This document shows positions 60,405 through 64,000 of a stretch of 64,000 nt of DNA, one piece after another. Position 1 is the first letter of the stretch; every line of letters starts with the position of its first letter. A program made the position numbers and the translations under genes. The notes below the pieces were generated by a model. It was given only the letters and a program-made list of their open reading frames with translations, searched no databases and had not been told where the DNA came from. The DNA comes from Candidatus Levyibacteriota bacterium (GTDB lineage Bacteria > Patescibacteriota > Microgenomatia > Levybacterales > UBA12049), in contig JAUSEW010000002.1 of assembly GCA_030651475.1 (NCBI GenBank), positions 83,927 to 147,926 on the forward strand. The letters run 5' to 3'.

Positions 60405-61283
60405 TCACAAGTCTCTCAAAAAATCAAGGGTTTTCTGTTGTCTTAAGATACTGGTCAGAAGATACCGATTGGCTTCTAAGTTCTTACGCTCTTGATCGTC
60501 CTTCGCTTTATTGATAGCTTCATCCACTTCTTTCTGATCAACAGTGATATTCTCTTTATCGGCGATTTGCTGAAGAGCGAACTCAAATTTGATATCGTTT
60601 TCCGCTTTTTGCTCATAGTCTTTCCTAACAGATTCAGGCGTTTTGCCCGTGGATGCCAGATACTGATCTAAGTTTAACCCGAGCTTTTTTACCTCATCGA
60701 GAAGCTGGGAAAGAGATCTATCTACTTCCTGATCAATAAGAATTTTTGGGATCTGACAATTAACACTATCTAAAAGAGCCTTAATGGTCTCTTCGGATTT
60801 TGGTTTTTCTGGCTTGCCCTGAGCAACGTCGAAGGGTTCTTTTCCCGGAACTATGATTTTGCTCTTGGCATTTATTTTCTTAACGTTTTCTTTATATGAG
60901 CCTAGTTCAATGTTTGGAGCTTCGCAGGTAAGTGCCGTAAACGTCCAACCCTTCGACTCACTTTGTTCGCTCAGGGTCGACAAGTCTTCGAACTTGTCGA
61001 CATGAATTTTGGGATTAATGATTGGTTTTAATTTATTTTCCGAAACTGCGTCAACATAAAATTTAGGTAAAAGTTTTTTTAAGACTTCTTCTTGAATAGC
61101 TGCCTTATCGAGCTTTTCTTCAACGAGTTTTCTTGGAGCCTTGCCTTTGCGAAACCCGGGCAAAGTAGTATTTTGAATCATTCCCTCTACGACTTCGTTT
61201 TTGGTTTTTACAACCTCATAGGAAGGAATAGTTATTGTCAGTTTTATTGTTCCGTCTTTTTCTTTAGTTATTGCAGATATCAT
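60405..61283 (-). CDS. tig: Trigger factor lacking the FKBP domain, with two REP insertions
   Basis: PGFRKGKAP ribosome-binding motif followed directly by the C-domain. Confidence 0.9.
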   Translation of the reverse strand: MISAITKEKDGTIKLTITIPSYEVVKTKNEVVEGMIQNTTLPGFRKGKAPRKLVEEKLDKAAIQEEVLKKLLPKFYVDAVSENKLKPIINPKIHVDKFEDLSTLSEQSESKGWTFTALTCEAPNIELGSYKENVKKINAKSKIIVPGKEPFDVAQGKPEKPKSEETIKALLDSVNCQIPKILIDQEVDRSLSQLLDEVKKLGLNLDQYLASTGKTPESVRKDYEQKAENDIKFEFALQQIADKENITVDQKEVDEAINKAKDDQERKNLEANRYLLTSILRQQKTLDFLRDL

Positions 61284-61296
61284 ACATTTAATTACG

Positions 61297-61383
61297 TGCC
61301 CAAGGGGAGACTCGAACTCCCAATCCCGTTTAAAGGGAACTAGGTCCTAAACCTAGCGCGTCTACCAATTTCGCCACCTGGGC
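61297..61383 (-). tRNA. tRNA-Leu(TAG)
   Basis: CTAGG-TTTAGGA-CCTAG anticodon arm, long variable arm; CCA not encoded. Confidence 0.93.
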
Positions 61384-61415
61384 AAATTGCCCAGTTTAGT
61401 GGCATTATACAAGAT

Positions 61416-61979
61416 TTATAAGGAAAGAGAAAGAGTTTCTCTTGCATTTGCCAGCTCAAATTCCTGTATTCTATTCATAATTGACTCCACTCTTACTGCC
61501 CATGTAGGAGAAGATGCGTAGAATTTGCCTATTTCATATACATCTTGAGCCTTCCATTTATTGATATAGTTTTCTCTTAACCCCTTAGACACAGTCTGAA
61601 TTCCTTCATCCCAAGAAGAAAATCTTATGATATTGTCACCATAAATTCCCCATCCCCAGCCGTTGTAAGAATTGTATGGTATTTGCTGGCCAAAAGTTGA
61701 TTCAAGGCCTGAAATAGCTGCAACCAATCTCCAATCAAGATCATATTTCGTAGCATTATCTACGAAACTTTCAGCGTATGGAGTTAAAGGAGAGGAATAT
61801 TTTTCTAAGAATTTTTTTAATATTCTGATATGGCTATTTTCTTCCTTCACTTGCATTAAGGTTGTTAAAGCAGCAGAAGAACCGGATGCATTCTGCATAG
61901 CATAAACTTTATAAGGAAATAATTGGTACAAAAATAATGCTGTAAGTATAATGACAAAACGTCTCATAGTATTTGGCAA
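61416..61979 (-). CDS. Secreted glucosaminidase/lysozyme-like protein
   Basis: Signal peptide; SPL..YA, LDWRLVAAISGLESTFG, YNGWGWG. Confidence 0.8.
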   Translation of the reverse strand: MPNTMRRFVIILTALFLYQLFPYKVYAMQNASGSSAALTTLMQVKEENSHIRILKKFLEKYSSPLTPYAESFVDNATKYDLDWRLVAAISGLESTFGQQIPYNSYNGWGWGIYGDNIIRFSSWDEGIQTVSKGLRENYINKWKAQDVYEIGKFYASSPTWAVRVESIMNRIQEFELANARETLSLSL

Positions 61980-62099
61980 TTAAGCCATAAAAAAATCCTA
62001 ACGTATACATTTGGAAACGCATACCTTAGGATCTAGGTAGTACTATATCATAAGACTATAGGTTTGTCAAGTCCCTTACTATAAGTCAGGTTTTGAGGA

Positions 62100-62693
62100 T
62101 TAGAGGTTGGAAGGAAGCCTTAAGTAGTCCATAAAATGAGATACTGCGAATTCCCATTTGCCATTATCGGTTGGGGTATATTTGCTCACGATTTCTTTAG
62201 GAGTCTTAAGTCCTTGATCCTTATATTCATAAGCTAAGGTTTTAGCAACCGCATCTATTGCTTGAGAAAAACCTGGAAACTTTTTGACATTACTGCCATA
62301 TATTCCATATCCCCAGCAGTTGTATGAATTTGGCGGCATTTTTTTGCAGAGATTTGATTCTTGCATAGCTATAGCAGGAAGCAAACGATAGTCTATGCCA
62401 TAAGTGTCGGAAGCTTTGATTATCTCGGAAGCAAAAGGCGTAAGAGGAGAATTATAAAGACTAAAGAATTGAGAGACAACATCTATTCGGGCGTCTTTTT
62501 GCGAAACAGAGTCAATCCAAAAATTTTCCGTAGACGGCAAAGCGGCGAACGCAACAGAACGGGTACTATTGAATGATATGAATCCCCCATTATGGTTTTG
62601 ATTGTAAGACAGAAATGACAGGTACAGGATATTAAAGACCAGAAAAATGGGGGTGATTATAAAGAAAGACGTGAGCAGAAAAATCCTTCTCAT
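62100..62693 (-). CDS. Glucosaminidase/lysozyme-like protein (paralog)
   Basis: NSPL, IDYRLLPAIAMQES, YNCWGYG. Confidence 0.8.
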   Translation of the reverse strand: MRRIFLLTSFFIITPIFLVFNILYLSFLSYNQNHNGGFISFNSTRSVAFAALPSTENFWIDSVSQKDARIDVVSQFFSLYNSPLTPFASEIIKASDTYGIDYRLLPAIAMQESNLCKKMPPNSYNCWGYGIYGSNVKKFPGFSQAIDAVAKTLAYEYKDQGLKTPKEIVSKYTPTDNGKWEFAVSHFMDYLRLPSNL

Positions 62694-62792
62694 GTAAAAC
62701 TATACTGACATACTCTGGATTTTATGTCAAGTTTTTGAAGCTAATTTGAGCGGGCCGCCTTTGGCGAGCCTCGCTCTGAAATCAGATTTGTG

Positions 62793-62864
62793 AGCGGGAG
62801 ACGGGAATCGAACCCGCTACCTTCTCCTTGGCAAGGAGACGTTCTACCGATGAACTACTCCCGC
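62793..62864 (-). tRNA. tRNA-Gly(GCC)
   Basis: TCTCC-TTGCCAA-GGAGA anticodon arm; GTTCGATTC. Confidence 0.95.
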
Positions 62865-63157
62865 TTCCTCACTTCGTTCGTCAGCGCAAGCGCATCACTT
62901 GTTATACCATGCGCATTTTTTATTAATGCTAATTTCTTCTTCCTATTCCACCCTTTAATCTCTATTTCCCTTCTTAACGCTTCTGCTTTCGTAGTATATG
63001 TTTCCGAATAAACTAATTCAACTGGTAATCTTCCCTTAATCGACTTCGCTCCCCACTTACTAAAATTATGTTCAAATATTCGTCTTTTTATATTCCTAGT
63101 GTATCCAGTATAGAGCGAACCATCCTTGCATCTAATTATATAGATATAATAATTCAC
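62855..63157 (-). CDS. Small GIY-YIG nuclease (UPF0213-like)
   Basis: YIYIIRC.DGSLYTGYT....RR..EHN, ALRRE.EIKGW; probable GTG start. Confidence 0.88.
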   Translation of the reverse strand: MNYYIYIIRCKDGSLYTGYTRNIKRRIFEHNFSKWGAKSIKGRLPVELVYSETYTTKAEALRREIEIKGWNRKKKLALIKNAHGITSDALALTNEVRKRE

Positions 63158-63239
63158 ATTCGTTTCGCTCAGTGCAAGCATAACCTGCGCTAGAATTTTT
63201 AAAAATTCTAGCACTGAGGTCGCTCGTTGGCGACCGAAG

Positions 63240-63312
63240 TGCCGAGAGTCAGAATCGGACTGACATAGCCTGTTCTTCAGACAGGTGCCTTGACCAACTT
63301 GGCTATCTCGGC
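63240..63312 (-). tRNA. tRNA-Phe(GAA) with T-loop TCCGATT
   Basis: CCTGT-CTGAAGA-ACAGG anticodon arm; acceptor stem GCCGAGA/TCTCGGC. Confidence 0.9.
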
Positions 63313-63373
63313 GTGGATATAATAATATCAATTTTCGTAGCCGATGTAAATATGAAAATGTTATAATTGCTCT

Positions 63374-64000
63374 ATGGCAATAAGTAAAAAAGCTTACTCA
63401 ACTTACACCTTATTGAGCGAATTTCATCACAAGGCGAATGTTGCCCGTGAAGAAGATAAACATCTCGAAGCGTTAAAATTAATGGAAGAAGCGCTAATAG
63501 AATACTCAAGGAAAAATGACAATAGCGGAATTGCAATGGCGATAGCCGATCGCGCATTAATATATAAACATTTATTCTTGCTATCTTCTCAAAAAGCATT
63601 TGCCCTATTGATGAAGAAAGATGCGCAAGCGTGTTTGGATATCGCCCAAAATTTCAGCCTTAGAGAATTGTATGGGGTGGCTTATTTTAGGCTTGGAGAA
63701 GCAGATATGCTTTTTGGAGATTATGAGAAAGCAGCAGGAAATTATCGAAAATCCTTGGAGAATTACTTCGGAACCAATGCGGAAAAAGGAGATTTTAAAT
63801 ATCATTTAGGAGAAGCTGTATATAAAACAGGAAAAAAAGAGGAAGGAATGCGTTTGCTTCTTAAAGGATTAAAAGAAATTCAAGAAAATAAGGATGAAGT
63901 TAATGATTTCGTAGCGCATGTTTGGGAATCCGGTTGCTATATGAGATTAGCGGAACTTTTAAAAGAAGATAATCCAAGTCAGGCGAAAATGTATTTGAAA
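63374..64000 (+). CDS. TPR protein, 3' partial, not in ORF track
   Basis: Open to the window end: MAISKKAY...AYFRLGEADMLFGDYEKAAGNYRKSL...YHLGEAVYKTG; TGTTATAAT-N6-ATG. Confidence 0.75.
   Translation, partial: MAISKKAYSTYTLLSEFHHKANVAREEDKHLEALKLMEEALIEYSRKNDNSGIAMAIADRALIYKHLFLLSSQKAFALLMKKDAQACLDIAQNFSLRELYGVAYFRLGEADMLFGDYEKAAGNYRKSLENYFGTNAEKGDFKYHLGEAVYKTGKKEEGMRLLLKGLKEIQENKDEVNDFVAHVWESGCYMRLAELLKEDNPSQAKMYLK

Overview
64 kb of chromosome from an AT-rich, streamlined bacterium. Gene content and order point to Patescibacteria/CPR, most likely Microgenomates (inference): short ThrS, PheT and trigger factor, a monoderm type IV pilus cluster without a secretin, and DUF5656/DUF5660-like genes. 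Housekeeping genes include rluA, yebC, xer, pyrB (in-frame stop), folD, gyrA-hppA-gyrB, holB-like, trmD-khpA-rpsP-rnc-nusB-rpmF-recG, purH, tyrS, a class A PBP, pheST, rplT-rpmI-infC-thrS, tig and four tRNAs. A 12-kb pil/gsp cluster lies at 21.6-33.6 kb. Most notable: (1) a defence island next to tRNA-Val with a type III-like R-M system whose Res is split into a helicase plus a stand-alone TnsA-like nuclease, an OLD/PARIS-like ATPase-TOPRIM gene coupled between Mod and Res, and a DUF3800 gene facing a convergent structured small RNA; (2) an 11-6-11 palindromic dif-like site whose arms recur in the xer promoter, about 450 bp from a DnaA-box cluster; (3) several REP-like palindromes and 7-mer repeats inserted in frame in protein genes, plus two RAYT genes with their own REPs; (4) widespread leaderless promoter architecture. 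All calls come from reading motifs by eye; no database search or folding computation was run.
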